IMG/VR virus record: IMGVR_UViG_3300044678_002654
Span: 24,343-88,342 of that record
From: a virus
Length of the DNA: 64,000 nt
Reading direction: 5' to 3' (one strand)
The position numbers and the translations under genes are program-made. How positions within the stretch are numbered: the first letter of the stretch is position 1; each line of letters starts with the position of its first letter. Under the pieces are notes generated by a model. That model was not told the DNA's origin and did no database searches. It saw only the letters and a list, made by a program, of their open reading frames with translations. Shown in pieces: positions 46,737 through 56,869 of this stretch.

Positions 46737-47668
46737 CGCTCATCGTCTACAGAGATATCGCGTGCGCGGATGGTGCGGCGGCGGTCGCCGAGACCGTCTT
46801 CCGCGTCACGAACAACGGGTTCACATTCGGGGGGTACGGCACCGGCACGGGGGGTGAGCCGTTTGCGTCGCGACCGGCCGCTGCGTCGACCCTCGCGACG
46901 GCACTGCGCACGGCGCCCGGCGCGTGGGTCAGCTTCACGCGCGGAACGCGCGCATGGAGTCTTCAGAGGAACACGGCGGCCCCTGGGGGTGCGAATCCCG
47001 ACTATCGGGCGTGGAAGCACGAGTACACAGCGTCAGGCGTTCTCACGTCGGGAACCGCAACGGCACCCCCGCGCAACGCATCCACTTCCCAGTACGTCAG
47101 CGGTAACTTCTTCCGCACGTCAATGGCCGGATCTTCGACCGGAAGCAGCACCATCAACGAAGCTATGAAGCTCCACGTCATCGTGGATGACGCAGGCCCT
47201 TCGTGGCTGGCGATCATGCGGCGAACTCCGTTCCCCGTGGGAAACGTAGGCGCGTGCGGGATCATCGGGTGCGATGCACTGGTGAATCCTGTGTGGCCCG
47301 GTAATACCGACCCGGTCGCGTTGATCAACGCGGGACTGGACACCAACGCCGCCCACACCGAGCTTGTGGGCACCGGGTACAACAACGCTTGGATCAAGTA
47401 CGGACTCAGCGGCTCCTCTTTCACCGGAGCGGCGCTGCACAATCCGGGGAACATCGCGGGGTCCGCCATGGCGGACCAAGGCGGGAGCGACATCCTCGTG
47501 GACGCGCAGTGGGTGTGCGGCGGAAACCTGTTGGGCACAAGCACGCTGTTCCAGCTTCTTCAGCCGGGGCGTACCCCGGTCGTCGGAGTTGATCTTGGCG
47601 CGACCCTCAACCGCGCCGCGTTCTGGAACGTCGCCGTCCTGAACGACGGCATCGCGCTGGTGAGTTGA
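46733..47668 (+). CDS. putative virion structural protein
   Basis: Gly/Ala/Thr/Ser-rich 311 aa coupled to fibre gene. Confidence 0.55.
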   Translation: MTLIVYRDIACADGAAAVAETVFRVTNNGFTFGGYGTGTGGEPFASRPAAASTLATALRTAPGAWVSFTRGTRAWSLQRNTAAPGGANPDYRAWKHEYTASGVLTSGTATAPPRNASTSQYVSGNFFRTSMAGSSTGSSTINEAMKLHVIVDDAGPSWLAIMRRTPFPVGNVGACGIIGCDALVNPVWPGNTDPVALINAGLDTNAAHTELVGTGYNNAWIKYGLSGSSFTGAALHNPGNIAGSAMADQGGSDILVDAQWVCGGNLLGTSTLFQLLQPGRTPVVGVDLGATLNRAAFWNVAVLNDGIALVS

Positions 47669-47669
47669 C

Positions 47670-47852
47670 ATGGCCACCACGGTTGCAGCCCCGACGGTGT
47701 ATCGAGTGACGAGCCGCGTGGCCCCGGTGCGTGTAGGGGGAAACACAGGCCCCACCGTCACCTACTGCTACCGCAACCCCGACGGCTCACTCGGCACTAC
47801 CACCGACGCCAGCGCGATTCCTGCTGGCGCCGAGCGCGAGCGTACTGTCTAG
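47670..47852 (+). CDS. small protein of the fibre cassette
   Basis: 60 aa immediately downstream. Confidence 0.5.
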   Translation: MATTVAAPTVYRVTSRVAPVRVGGNTGPTVTYCYRNPDGSLGTTTDASAIPAGAERERTV

Positions 47853-47873
47853 TACGCCCAGTCACCCTTCTCT

Positions 47874-47999
47874 GCTCGTACCCATAAACACCAAGAGCCG
47901 CGCCAACGCAGGGTGTAACCCTGCGTGCAGCAGGTGTGTATTTCACGCCGTGAAACTGCTCTGTGTAACGCGTAGCCGCTAACGGCTAACAACACGAGC
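47874..47999. other. structured intergenic region with several hairpins
   Basis: 9-bp stem 47906-47926, palindrome 47941-47955, 6-bp stem 47973-47988, closing GCTCGT/ACGAGC. Confidence 0.5.
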
Positions 48000-48022
48000 G
48001 TATCTGGTAGAAGAGGAGACCG

Positions 48023-48250
48023 ATGAACTTTCTCTATCGACCTTGCCCTTACGAGTCGCGGTTTGTCTACCTCGTGCCAGGTAACGTCTCCGAAAGCGCA
48101 CGAGCGTCGCTCAATGAGCGCTACGGCGAACAGGGGTGGTACTCAGAGTGGGAGCACGTCTGTCGACAGAGGGAGCGGCGTCTTCAGTTCGGCTTCTTTG
48201 TTGAGCCCTCCTACGTGTTTCGCCCCGCAGACAGAACAGGAATGGAGTGA
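48023..48250 (+). CDS. hypothetical protein
   Basis: GAGGAG RBS. Confidence 0.55.
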   Translation: MNFLYRPCPYESRFVYLVPGNVSESARASLNERYGEQGWYSEWEHVCRQRERRLQFGFFVEPSYVFRPADRTGME

Positions 48251-48666
48251 ACGACATGAGCCACAACGCAGTCCAACGAATGATAGCGGCCTACCTGCGC
48301 GAAAAGCCGCTCACTCATACGATCACGGAGGACCTGCTGATCGAGATGAAGGCGGAGATCAGCAAGGCGCAAGGGCAAGGCGTCAGCGTGCCCACGATGA
48401 TGACGCTCGGGCTTGGGAATCCCACCCACGGAATCACCCTGGAGACCAACGACCCCCTCATCGTCTTTCTCTACGAGGTCGCCAGAGACCACCTCGACCT
48501 ACAGACGATGATGGACATCGCTGTGAGAGACCGATCGCACGAAGAAGGGAACAAGCATGTCGTGTGGCGCCTGAGCCACGTGGAGCTCGCCGACAAGGTG
48601 ACGATCCTGGCGGGGTTGCTCCAGCGACGTGTCGCGGTGCCTGAGAAGGTGGAGCTGAAGAAGTGA
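48247..48666 (+). CDS. hypothetical protein
   Basis: LIVFLYEVARDHL motif. Confidence 0.6.
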   Translation: MNDMSHNAVQRMIAAYLREKPLTHTITEDLLIEMKAEISKAQGQGVSVPTMMTLGLGNPTHGITLETNDPLIVFLYEVARDHLDLQTMMDIAVRDRSHEEGNKHVVWRLSHVELADKVTILAGLLQRRVAVPEKVELKK

Positions 48667-48845
48667 AGATAGGTGACAACATGGACACAGAACTCCGCAT
48701 CGGGATCGGCGCCTTGATGGTCATCTTCATCATCTCGGTCTTCTGGAATGCGCGGCTCGAAAGCTCCTGCCGCGCACGGGGCGGAGAGGTCATCGAGCGG
48801 CCTGGGCATCTCTTTTCGGGGTGCCTCGGCCCGAGCCCTCGCTGA
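48663..48845 (+). CDS. small single-TM protein
   Basis: IGIGALMVIFIISVFW then CRARGG...C. Confidence 0.55.
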   Translation: MKIGDNMDTELRIGIGALMVIFIISVFWNARLESSCRARGGEVIERPGHLFSGCLGPSPR

Positions 48846-48952
48846 CAACGAGCGCAAATGAACAACACCTGGGTCAACCCCTTCATCCAAGTTCGAAGCA
48901 TCCTGGCCGCCAAGGAGCGCAAGAGCCTTGGTGCAGGCTCCAGAGCTACGTG

Positions 48953-49594
48953 ATGTCGACGACGACTGAGCGAGATACGCCCCCGTGGCCTGAGCCCGAC
49001 ATGCTCGTTGCGCGTGCCGACCTGCGCGCGAAGTCACGCGAGCTGCCCAGTGACTTCTCCCTCTCCTTTGGGCACCCTGTCCTGCTCAACCCGGACACGT
49101 GGGTGCTCGGCCCCGTCATCCTGACACGTGGTTCGGGGCTTCTCGAACAGAGCAACTACCACGTCCTGCTACGTGAGATCAAAAAGCACCGCAACCGGTG
49201 GCGCCTCACACGCGCTAGTCACTGGGGCAGCGGGTGGGTCGAGCACCTCTCGTTCCAGATGTACCGCAAGGGCGGCGTGCGACCAACAGCCCTCTACGCA
49301 TGGCTGCGCGACTGGTTCCTGACCCTTGCGGAGCACTACCCGGTCGCGGACGACTCGCACCACTCGGCGATGCAGCACGCAGCGGCGCTTGAGCACATCC
49401 AGTACGAGGCGAACAAGGTCTACGATGGCGATGTCACCGGAGACCTCTGCCGACAGGTCTTCAGTTGGCTATGGGACCATGAGCAGGTAGAGCTCGAAGA
49501 CCATGATGGCCACGGCGCCCGTCCTTCGCGGGATGCCGTACGTCGCGCACTAGAGCATGTGCTAGGGAGGAGCCTCGAATGCGACGAGTCTTGA
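48953..49594 (+). CDS. conserved-looking phage hypothetical protein
   Basis: LLEQSNY...SHWGSGWVEH...YPVADD. Confidence 0.65.
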   Translation: MSTTTERDTPPWPEPDMLVARADLRAKSRELPSDFSLSFGHPVLLNPDTWVLGPVILTRGSGLLEQSNYHVLLREIKKHRNRWRLTRASHWGSGWVEHLSFQMYRKGGVRPTALYAWLRDWFLTLAEHYPVADDSHHSAMQHAAALEHIQYEANKVYDGDVTGDLCRQVFSWLWDHEQVELEDHDGHGARPSRDAVRRALEHVLGRSLECDES

Positions 49595-49893
49595 CCTGGA
49601 CTGTGGCAACGACCGAGCGCGGCGCGATCCCTGTCGAGACGCGAGACAAGATCGACTGGGTGGACGAGCACAGCGACGCCACCATCGTGACGGGCGCCTA
49701 CGCGGAGATCCCTTACTCCTACTTCTTCGGCCGCAGAGAACTGCTCGAAGAGATCCAGGTCAAGGAGATCAGCGTGAGCCCTGATGACTGGTGCGAGCCC
49801 CGTGAAACTACGCATCGAGCTGCGATCGCAGCTCTCTGCGAGGCCAACGAATGGAGCTTCGACAGCGCCGAGAAGACCGGCGAGAAGGACTGA
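49579..49893 (+). CDS. hypothetical protein
   Basis: GAGGAG RBS. Confidence 0.55.
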   Translation: MRRVLTWTVATTERGAIPVETRDKIDWVDEHSDATIVTGAYAEIPYSYFFGRRELLEEIQVKEISVSPDDWCEPRETTHRAAIAALCEANEWSFDSAEKTGEKD

Positions 49894-50204
49894 TCTATGA
49901 AGCTCAGTCTATGGGCGACCTCAAAGCGGTTGGGAATACCGAAGGCCGCGAAAGCGCACCCGGTGGTAGGGCCGTTGGTCGCGTTGCACACGGTACTGTT
50001 CAGAGAAGCGATCAAGCGAGCCACAAGCAAAGGCCCCATGCAATACGATGGCCTCGTCCTTGCCAACCTCGGTGGTATCGCGTACGCGCTGTTGGTAGAC
50101 CTCGAACTTCGCGGTTGGCGTTTGGTAGAGTTCAAGGCCACGCGTATCGCCAACGCAGACTACCGCATCCTGTTCACAGTCGAGGAGGCTGACTCGCCAA
50201 CGCC

Positions 50205-50963
50205 GTGAGCACCGAAGAGACCAAGTGCGCCCGCTGCCCCAACCCACCAAAAAAGGGGTGTAAGCACTGCGAAGGCTGCCTCAAGTACTACCGAGACTTT
50301 CGACAGAAGCAGCGCGACGAAGGCAAGTGCACCAACTGCGGCACGCCGCACGAGGACACGACGAGCAAGTGCGCGAACTGTCTCATGCAAAAGCAGCTCC
50401 GCCTCACAGATCGCCCTCCCGGGATGTGCGCATGGTGCACCAACGACGCACTACCTGGGAAGGCGGGGTGTGAAAAGTGCCGCAAGCGAGACAAAGCGAG
50501 ACTTGACGAGAGGTACGAGAAGGGGCTCTGCTCCTGCGGCCGAGAGCCCCGCCTGCCAGGGCGGAGGATCGGGAGTGTGTGCGACTACAACGCACAACGC
50601 CGGCACGCGAAGCGGTCAGAGCAGGCGCGCAAGACGCGTCGCTGTCGAAACCATCGCCACCGCCACGTCGCGCCGAACAGCTCGTACCTGTGCACAGAGT
50701 GCGTAGCCAGCGCGCGGAAAACGCGCAAAAAGCTACAACGCGACAGAAAGCTCAAGGGCATCTGCACTCGTTGCACGGAAAAGGCCGTCAACGGCGTCTT
50801 GTGCCCCGCTCACGCCAAGAAGAACCGACTGCGTGTGAGCAGAGCGCGTAGCGCACGTATCGCCAAAGGCATCTGCCTCCGTTGCACCGCCGAAGCGACC
50901 GAGGGCCTCCTGTGTGAGACTCACGCGGAGCTGATCCGAAACGCACAGAAAGGAATCAAATGA
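50205..50963 (+). CDS. basic Cys-rich repeat protein (multiple G-x-C-x-x-C zinc knuckles)
   Basis: GKCTNCG, GMCAWC, GLCSCG, GICTRC, GICLRC, each followed by CxxC/CxxH and Arg/Lys helices. Confidence 0.75.
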   Translation: MSTEETKCARCPNPPKKGCKHCEGCLKYYRDFRQKQRDEGKCTNCGTPHEDTTSKCANCLMQKQLRLTDRPPGMCAWCTNDALPGKAGCEKCRKRDKARLDERYEKGLCSCGREPRLPGRRIGSVCDYNAQRRHAKRSEQARKTRRCRNHRHRHVAPNSSYLCTECVASARKTRKKLQRDRKLKGICTRCTEKAVNGVLCPAHAKKNRLRVSRARSARIAKGICLRCTAEATEGLLCETHAELIRNAQKGIK

Positions 50964-51475
50964 AGACCTACGACCCCCGTGGCATCTCCGTCGTCGTTCG
51001 CTCCTGCGGCAAGACGTACAAGCACGCCATTGACCGCGCCATGCGTGTGCTCAACCTCTGGTACGGACGGGAGGCGGACGTGAAGCTCTACGCGATCAAT
51101 GTCGTTCAGCCCGGCTCGATGAACCCCGAGGATGAAAACACCGAGCGCGGTCAGTACATCATCCACGCGCTCGGCCTGCACAAGGACGGCGAGCTCGTCG
51201 AATGTGACCCGAACGCGTCTGGCCGGGTGCACCTGCCGCATGACACTCCGTGTGTCCACGGCAGCCACGCCAGCGAGCTCCCGATGGGTGCGGCGAACAC
51301 CTCCACGATCGGGCAAAACCGTGGCGGCTACGTCGCGGTCGAGTACGGCACTGGCTGGAGGGGTATGCCGGTGCAGGCGGTCACGCAGTTTCAGATCAAC
51401 AAGGACGGAGAGGTGTGGCCGTCCTACAAGCTCCCGGGCTACACGAGTGGCGACGACAAGCTCGTGCTTGAGTGA
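50960..51475 (+). CDS. hypothetical protein
   Basis: AAAGGA RBS; 171 aa. Confidence 0.65.
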   Translation: MKTYDPRGISVVVRSCGKTYKHAIDRAMRVLNLWYGREADVKLYAINVVQPGSMNPEDENTERGQYIIHALGLHKDGELVECDPNASGRVHLPHDTPCVHGSHASELPMGAANTSTIGQNRGGYVAVEYGTGWRGMPVQAVTQFQINKDGEVWPSYKLPGYTSGDDKLVLE

Positions 51476-51493
51476 GTTTCACGGAGTGAACAC

Positions 51494-51754
51494 GTGAGCA
51501 AGGAAGCGCTGAGTCTCGAAGAGGTAGAAGCGCTCATCAACGACTGTGTCTGGCTCCTGCTCGACGACGGGGAAGAGGTCTGCCCTGGGTGCGTGAGCGA
51601 CCTGAAGGAGTACCTGCTGGCCGAAGCGAGCGCCGCGATCGAGCACGGGCACTTTTCGGGATGGGTCGTGGTCGGGTGGATCCCCGACGACAGCCCTGAG
51701 CTCTCCTGCTGCAACTGCGAGCGCAGGGACAACTTCGAAGAGGCCAGGGAGTAA
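51494..51754 (+). CDS. small zinc-binding protein
   Basis: DGEEVCPGC...CCNC. Confidence 0.6.
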   Translation: MSKEALSLEEVEALINDCVWLLLDDGEEVCPGCVSDLKEYLLAEASAAIEHGHFSGWVVVGWIPDDSPELSCCNCERRDNFEEARE

Positions 51755-51759
51755 CACCC

Positions 51760-51957
51760 ATGCGACACGCCTGGGAGATCGTCGGCTACGTGAGCCTGGA
51801 TGGGTTGGTGTGCCGAAACTGCTGGGACATCGACCCTGGCGGTCACGACGCACCACCCGTCTTCCTGTGTGATGACGGCGCCAAAGAGAAGTGCGGCGAC
51901 TGCGGGGAGCGCCTCGACGGCGATGACGGCACCGAAGCTACGCAAGGAGAGACGTGA
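51760..51957 (+). CDS. small zinc-binding protein
   Basis: VCRNC...KCGDCG. Confidence 0.6.
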   Translation: MRHAWEIVGYVSLDGLVCRNCWDIDPGGHDAPPVFLCDDGAKEKCGDCGERLDGDDGTEATQGET

Positions 51958-52184
51958 AACTGAACATCTATCTGGTCACCCGCCCTGACGGCAACTATGA
52001 CGAATACAGAGGCTTTGTCATCGCAGCGACGGATGAGGCCATGGTCCGTGCGCTCGTGCACGCTGAAGCGGATGGCCAATTTACCTCCGGGTGGTCCTGG
52101 GACAAGGCAACGATTGAGCTTGTCGGACGAGGCGCGAAGGGTGTGCACGCCGGAGTGCTGCTGTCTGACTACAAGGCGGGTTGA
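51954..52184 (+). CDS. hypothetical protein
   Basis: IYLVTR...YDEYRGFVIAA; AAGGAG RBS. Confidence 0.65.
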   Translation: MKLNIYLVTRPDGNYDEYRGFVIAATDEAMVRALVHAEADGQFTSGWSWDKATIELVGRGAKGVHAGVLLSDYKAG

Positions 52185-52791
52185 CGCGTGAACATCGGCG
52201 GCGCCGTGAAGGCGATGAAGCGCGGCCGGCTGGTTCAACCGACAGGCGAGGCGAAAGATCCTGCTTTCGTGTTCTGGTACGACAGAGCGCAAAAGGCGGT
52301 CTTGATCGTGGAGATCGAACGCCTGTGGTGGAACATCACGGTTGAGAAGACCACACGAGAAGAAGCGCTCCGTGGGTTGCACACAAAAGGTCAGCGGGTG
52401 CACGCGGCCGTGCTCATGGAAGCGAGCTTGACGATGAGAGAGATCTTGGGGCAATGGAAAGTTGTCCCGTGGCCAAGGAGCAGCAAGTGAACCGTGAACG
52501 TCTCTTCAAAGCCTTCGCTGACATCGCCTTGCTAGCCGACCTCGAAGAGCTGAACTGGGCAGCCTCGAAGCAGGTCTACGGCGCAGAAACCATCGACAGG
52601 TGGATCAAGAACTGCGACGACGCTGGAGCGGCTGTGAAAGATGACTTCCTGGTGAAGATGCTCTTCATCGAGATGTTCCTGCGCCTCGCGAACGGGCACT
52701 CGCTGCCCAAGAACGTGGGCCTCAAGGAACAGATGGACATCGTATACGAAGAACTCGGGATCGACCCGAGGAACACGGGAGAGTATCCGTC

Positions 52792-53832
52792 ATGATCATC
52801 TACGGTGAGGTCCCCAAGAAGATCGCGTACTTCAAGCGTGACCCCTGCAAAGTACATCGCGGCTGGGTCGGCTTCGACGACCTCGACATCGCACCACCCA
52901 TTACGGCGACCCCGGCGTTCGCCGTAGACGCCTCGTCGAAGGACGGACGTGAAACCGCTGCGCGTTGGGCCGGCAAGGGCTCCACAGTGCAGGAGCTCGA
53001 CAACGACCCCATCAAGGCGGTTGAGATCCTGTCGCTGGAGAAGCGGCAAGAAGGCGGTCGCGCATACAAGGTGCGCCTCCAAGGCGTGCTCGATGGTACA
53101 CTCTACGTGGACATGCGAGAGGACGTGGTGCTCGATGCACTCCTCGCAAGCGGGGCAAAGAAGGGAGGTATCCTCGAAGGACCGTTCGTTTGGGGAAGGA
53201 ACGAGACCCAACTGCGGCTCGTGCGAGTAGCGTCCACCCTCCATGCGGCGATGCTCCAGGCCGCTGAGCGCAAGGCGACGAAGGACCTGACGCAGGCAGA
53301 CTACGAGCTCGGCGGGGTGTACCTCACACGGAAGCTGGATGTGATGGTCTACCTGGGCAAATGCGACGTGGATGACATCGTCGAGACGAAGAAGGCAGAG
53401 GACTACCCATCACGTAAACCTGCGCAATACGGCGTGAAGCTCGAACGCGGGGTCAACGCCTGGGTGACCTTACGCGCGGTCGTAGAAACCGAAGCTGATC
53501 GAGAGAAGATTGAGCCTTGGGCCGAGGCGTGGGCGCGTATGCAAGACCCCACAACTACTTGTGGCTGGACATGCCGTGTGGTCAAGAAGCCCGCACTGAT
53601 CCGACAGGTGGGCAAGGTCAAGGTGGACTTTGAAAAGTACAGTCGCGCAGTGGCAAAGTCCAGTGAACACGCCCTGAAAATGCAGAACCGGGACGAAAGA
53701 TGCCATGATTACAAGAGGCTTCTATTCAACTATCGGCGAGATGCCACACTCGCCGCCCACGTCCGCCCGGCTGGCGAGCCTCGCCCCGACCACCCGGAGT
53801 ACGAGGAGATCTGGGCCAGCGTGACGCCGTGA
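52792..53832 (+). CDS. hypothetical protein
   Basis: 346 aa; EKRQEGGRAYKV...YVDMREDVVLD...FVW. Confidence 0.75.
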   Translation: MIIYGEVPKKIAYFKRDPCKVHRGWVGFDDLDIAPPITATPAFAVDASSKDGRETAARWAGKGSTVQELDNDPIKAVEILSLEKRQEGGRAYKVRLQGVLDGTLYVDMREDVVLDALLASGAKKGGILEGPFVWGRNETQLRLVRVASTLHAAMLQAAERKATKDLTQADYELGGVYLTRKLDVMVYLGKCDVDDIVETKKAEDYPSRKPAQYGVKLERGVNAWVTLRAVVETEADREKIEPWAEAWARMQDPTTTCGWTCRVVKKPALIRQVGKVKVDFEKYSRAVAKSSEHALKMQNRDERCHDYKRLLFNYRRDATLAAHVRPAGEPRPDHPEYEEIWASVTP

Positions 53833-54143
53833 ACCTCGACGACCTCGAAGAGAACGAGAAGTTTCGGGGCATCTGTGACCGTGCCGTGTTTGCCAAGCAC
53901 AACGCGGCGTACAAGTGGTACTTGCAGGCGGTGTCCGTAAAGGATGAAGACGCAGAGGCGACTATCTTGGTGGCCGTACCTGCGAGCGTGAGGAAGGAGT
54001 ACTCCGTCCCAGGCGACGCCAGGGCGCACATCCCCAATGGCTACCAAGCTGTGACCTACTCCAGCAAACTATGGACCTACTTCCTGCCAGTCCCGACCCA
54101 GGAGAGCTTGACGGTTTCGTTCCGACTGCCTTTCGCGGAGTGA
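53829..54143 (+). CDS. hypothetical protein
   Basis: ends PFAE-stop in a one-mismatch palindrome. Confidence 0.55.
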   Translation: MNLDDLEENEKFRGICDRAVFAKHNAAYKWYLQAVSVKDEDAEATILVAVPASVRKEYSVPGDARAHIPNGYQAVTYSSKLWTYFLPVPTQESLTVSFRLPFAE

Positions 54144-54147
54144 ACAC

Positions 54148-54489
54148 ATGACCCAAGCACCCAATAGCGAGTTCGGCCTGTCTCCTGCGCAGGAAGCCTT
54201 ACGGCTACAGATCTTCGCGCACGTCCAGTCGCACTTCGCGAACCTGCCTCGCGACAAGCACTACTTCATCGGACTGGTGACACAGCCCGCCCACATCATT
54301 GACGGGAACCTACCGATCTTTGAGCGCCGCTACGCGTTCTACTACGCCCCTGGCTACGGAGTCATCTCCGAGCGGCATCGCACGAGCGAAGGGGTCGACC
54401 TGCCGAGGCTCACATCGAACAATGGCTTCGTCTGGGAGCTCGTGCAGTGCTTGAGGGATGACACGACATTTCACCCGGTGAACCCGTGA
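54148..54489 (+). CDS. hypothetical protein
   Basis: 113 aa; palindrome in last codons. Confidence 0.55.
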   Translation: MTQAPNSEFGLSPAQEALRLQIFAHVQSHFANLPRDKHYFIGLVTQPAHIIDGNLPIFERRYAFYYAPGYGVISERHRTSEGVDLPRLTSNNGFVWELVQCLRDDTTFHPVNP

Positions 54490-54764
54490 ACAAAGCCAGC
54501 GCCCGGGCCACGCTGCGCGCGCTGCGCCGTCGAGTAGAAGACGCTGCTCGTGAGCGCTTCGGGAAGCACTTCCCCTTACGCGTGTACCTCGATACGAGCG
54601 ACGGGGACCCCGCCTTGTTCGACGCATGTATTCAGTACATCAAGAGGCCACCGGAAGCAGCGGACTCGATCCTGTTTCCTGTCAACGACGTGGTCACTGA
54701 CTCAACCGAAGAGAAGGCTCTCGCGGGGCTGCTTCGGGCCATTGAAAGTAAGGCGAAAACATGA
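54486..54764 (+). CDS. hypothetical protein
   Basis: GTGA coupling. Confidence 0.55.
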   Translation: MNKASARATLRALRRRVEDAARERFGKHFPLRVYLDTSDGDPALFDACIQYIKRPPEAADSILFPVNDVVTDSTEEKALAGLLRAIESKAKT

Positions 54765-55561
54765 AGGACAATATCAAGAAGCTCCACGAGTTCTCCGGCT
54801 CCGGGGAGTTCTTCGACGACATGTGGGTGCTGTTCGAGGCCGATGGCCAGACGCGCCTTGAGTTCTGGCGCCGAGCCGACGGACGCGACGAGGACACCAC
54901 CCCGCAGACCATCTTCGAGGTGTTCCGCCACGACATCCCCGAGGACGTCTACGCAGACCAGGACTGGGCACACGCATCGGCGGTGGCGTCCTACATCGGC
55001 GACACGGAGGAAAAGGTGCTCGCCGAGGGGAAGGACGAAAACTCTGTCACCCGCGCGCATTGCCTCGTCGACATCGCCAACTACTACGGGTGGGAGAACA
55101 TCGACAGCTACCCCCTGCGCTTGACGGCGGTGGAGCTCTGGGAGCGGTGGGGAGACGACAAGCGGGACGACCCGAGGCATGACCTGCTCGACGACCAGTA
55201 CGACGGGTGCATCCTCGACGGAAGAGAGGTCGACAAGACGCGGCTGGCGGGGCTGCAAGAGGCGGGCGTGGAGCGGCTGCTCTCGGCGCTCGTGTCGGCG
55301 GGCATGGGTGGCTGGGACTTCTGGAAGGCCCTGGGCGAGGCGTCCTACCTCCACGCGAAGATGCGCAACGCCGACGAGAAGCCCGACATGTACCCGTTGC
55401 GGCGTGTGGCATCTGCGCTGGTGGGGTCTGACACCACAAAGACCCTGTCCTGCGACCCCGGCACCGTGTGCTTCCTGACCAATCCCTCGGGTGGGTACAA
55501 GCTGCTGCGCACGAACCCTCACTACATGTGGGTGGAGGAAGGTGGCACGAATCATGAGTGA
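54761..55561 (+). CDS. hypothetical acidic protein
   Basis: IANYYGWENIDSYPL motif. Confidence 0.7.
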   Translation: MKDNIKKLHEFSGSGEFFDDMWVLFEADGQTRLEFWRRADGRDEDTTPQTIFEVFRHDIPEDVYADQDWAHASAVASYIGDTEEKVLAEGKDENSVTRAHCLVDIANYYGWENIDSYPLRLTAVELWERWGDDKRDDPRHDLLDDQYDGCILDGREVDKTRLAGLQEAGVERLLSALVSAGMGGWDFWKALGEASYLHAKMRNADEKPDMYPLRRVASALVGSDTTKTLSCDPGTVCFLTNPSGGYKLLRTNPHYMWVEEGGTNHE

Positions 55562-55825
55562 CAAGCAGCTTCCCGCTGGCGACTACAAGTTGACCCAACA
55601 AGGAGAAGCGTTCGGCACGCTGTCGATCTACTACCACCCCAACAAGAACACCATGGTCTACGTAGGCGGGCAAAACCACAACGGTGCGATCCACTCAGCG
55701 ACCTTCGTCGCTTCGGCAGCAGAAGTCGAAACCCTGTGCAAAGCAGTGATCGAGTCGCTCGCCAACGCCTGCGGCGTGCCCATCGAAGAGATCGTAATGG
55801 GTGAGTCTCCCTTTGGAGCTTTGGG

Positions 55826-56386
55826 ATGAGGCGTGACGTACGCGTCATCCTCTCAGACCCGTCGACACGCAAAGAGCTTCTGGACCGCGCGACGAAGGGC
55901 GTCATCGCAGTAGGGCGTGACGGCACACACGCCGTCGAAACACCGCCAACGAACGGAGCAACGAAGATGAAGTGCGCAAAGTGCCCGACCTGTGGGCAAG
56001 AGATGCCCAAGGTCGAAGGGTGGAAGGTCAACGCCAAGGGTCTCGCATGGTCCCACCGCGACGACGGCACACTGACGTGGTACTTCGAAGGCGACGAGGG
56101 TGCCTCCATTGGAGAATGCGGGGGCAAGGGCCGAGCCCACGTATTCGGCCAACTGATGTCCGCCATGCTGGCGTACCTCGCAGACCGCTGCGAAGAAAAC
56201 CGCGAGCAGGTCGACACCTACGCATTCGAGGTCGCTGCGCTGGATCTCGTTCCGACGCTCGCCTCGGAGGAGGTTCGCCCCGGCAAGCCGATCCCGTGGA
56301 AGCGCGGCGCCAAGGCCGCCCTGGTCCACCGAGCCAGTTTGCTCGCGGCCGAGGCCGTGAAGACCTTGCAAGAAGAGGCGAAGTGA
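55826..56386 (+). CDS. hypothetical protein
   Basis: KCPTCG; 186 aa. Confidence 0.55.
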   Translation: MRRDVRVILSDPSTRKELLDRATKGVIAVGRDGTHAVETPPTNGATKMKCAKCPTCGQEMPKVEGWKVNAKGLAWSHRDDGTLTWYFEGDEGASIGECGGKGRAHVFGQLMSAMLAYLADRCEENREQVDTYAFEVAALDLVPTLASEEVRPGKPIPWKRGAKAALVHRASLLAAEAVKTLQEEAK

Positions 56387-56817
56387 TGAACAAGAAGGAA
56401 GACGTATTCGCGGCGCTCACCGCCTATCTCGATGTGAACGGCGGACCTGATGCGATCAAGGACTTCTTCGATGACTACAAGATGAGCATCGGGGTGACTG
56501 GTCGGTCGATCGCTGCCACGCTGATCGTGCTCTCCGACGGGGAAACGTGGGAGCGCGTGGGAGGCTCCCACTTCGTCGACGTGACCCAGGAAGAGCTGGA
56601 GGAAATCGAGGAAGGCACGAAGACGAGGAACGTGGTCGACCGACGCCACTGGCGCCCCCTTCACGACACCCAGGAGGTGTGGGTGGTAACTCCGTCAGAC
56701 GGAGACGGCCCTCCCTACTGTGCGTTCCGCACGAAAGCTGCCGCAAAGAACTTCCTGAGCGAAGATCCCGCGCGAGCGGACGACAGCATCTGGCAGCTTC
56801 ATCTCCCTCCGGGCTGA
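56386..56817 (+). CDS. hypothetical protein
   Basis: TGATG coupling; IVLSDGETW. Confidence 0.6.
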   Translation: MNKKEDVFAALTAYLDVNGGPDAIKDFFDDYKMSIGVTGRSIAATLIVLSDGETWERVGGSHFVDVTQEELEEIEEGTKTRNVVDRRHWRPLHDTQEVWVVTPSDGDGPPYCAFRTKAAAKNFLSEDPARADDSIWQLHLPPG

Positions 56818-56869
56818 TAGACAGCCTCAAGGCTCTGTCACCCGGGTCTCGTCGTAAGAAAGGCTGAAG

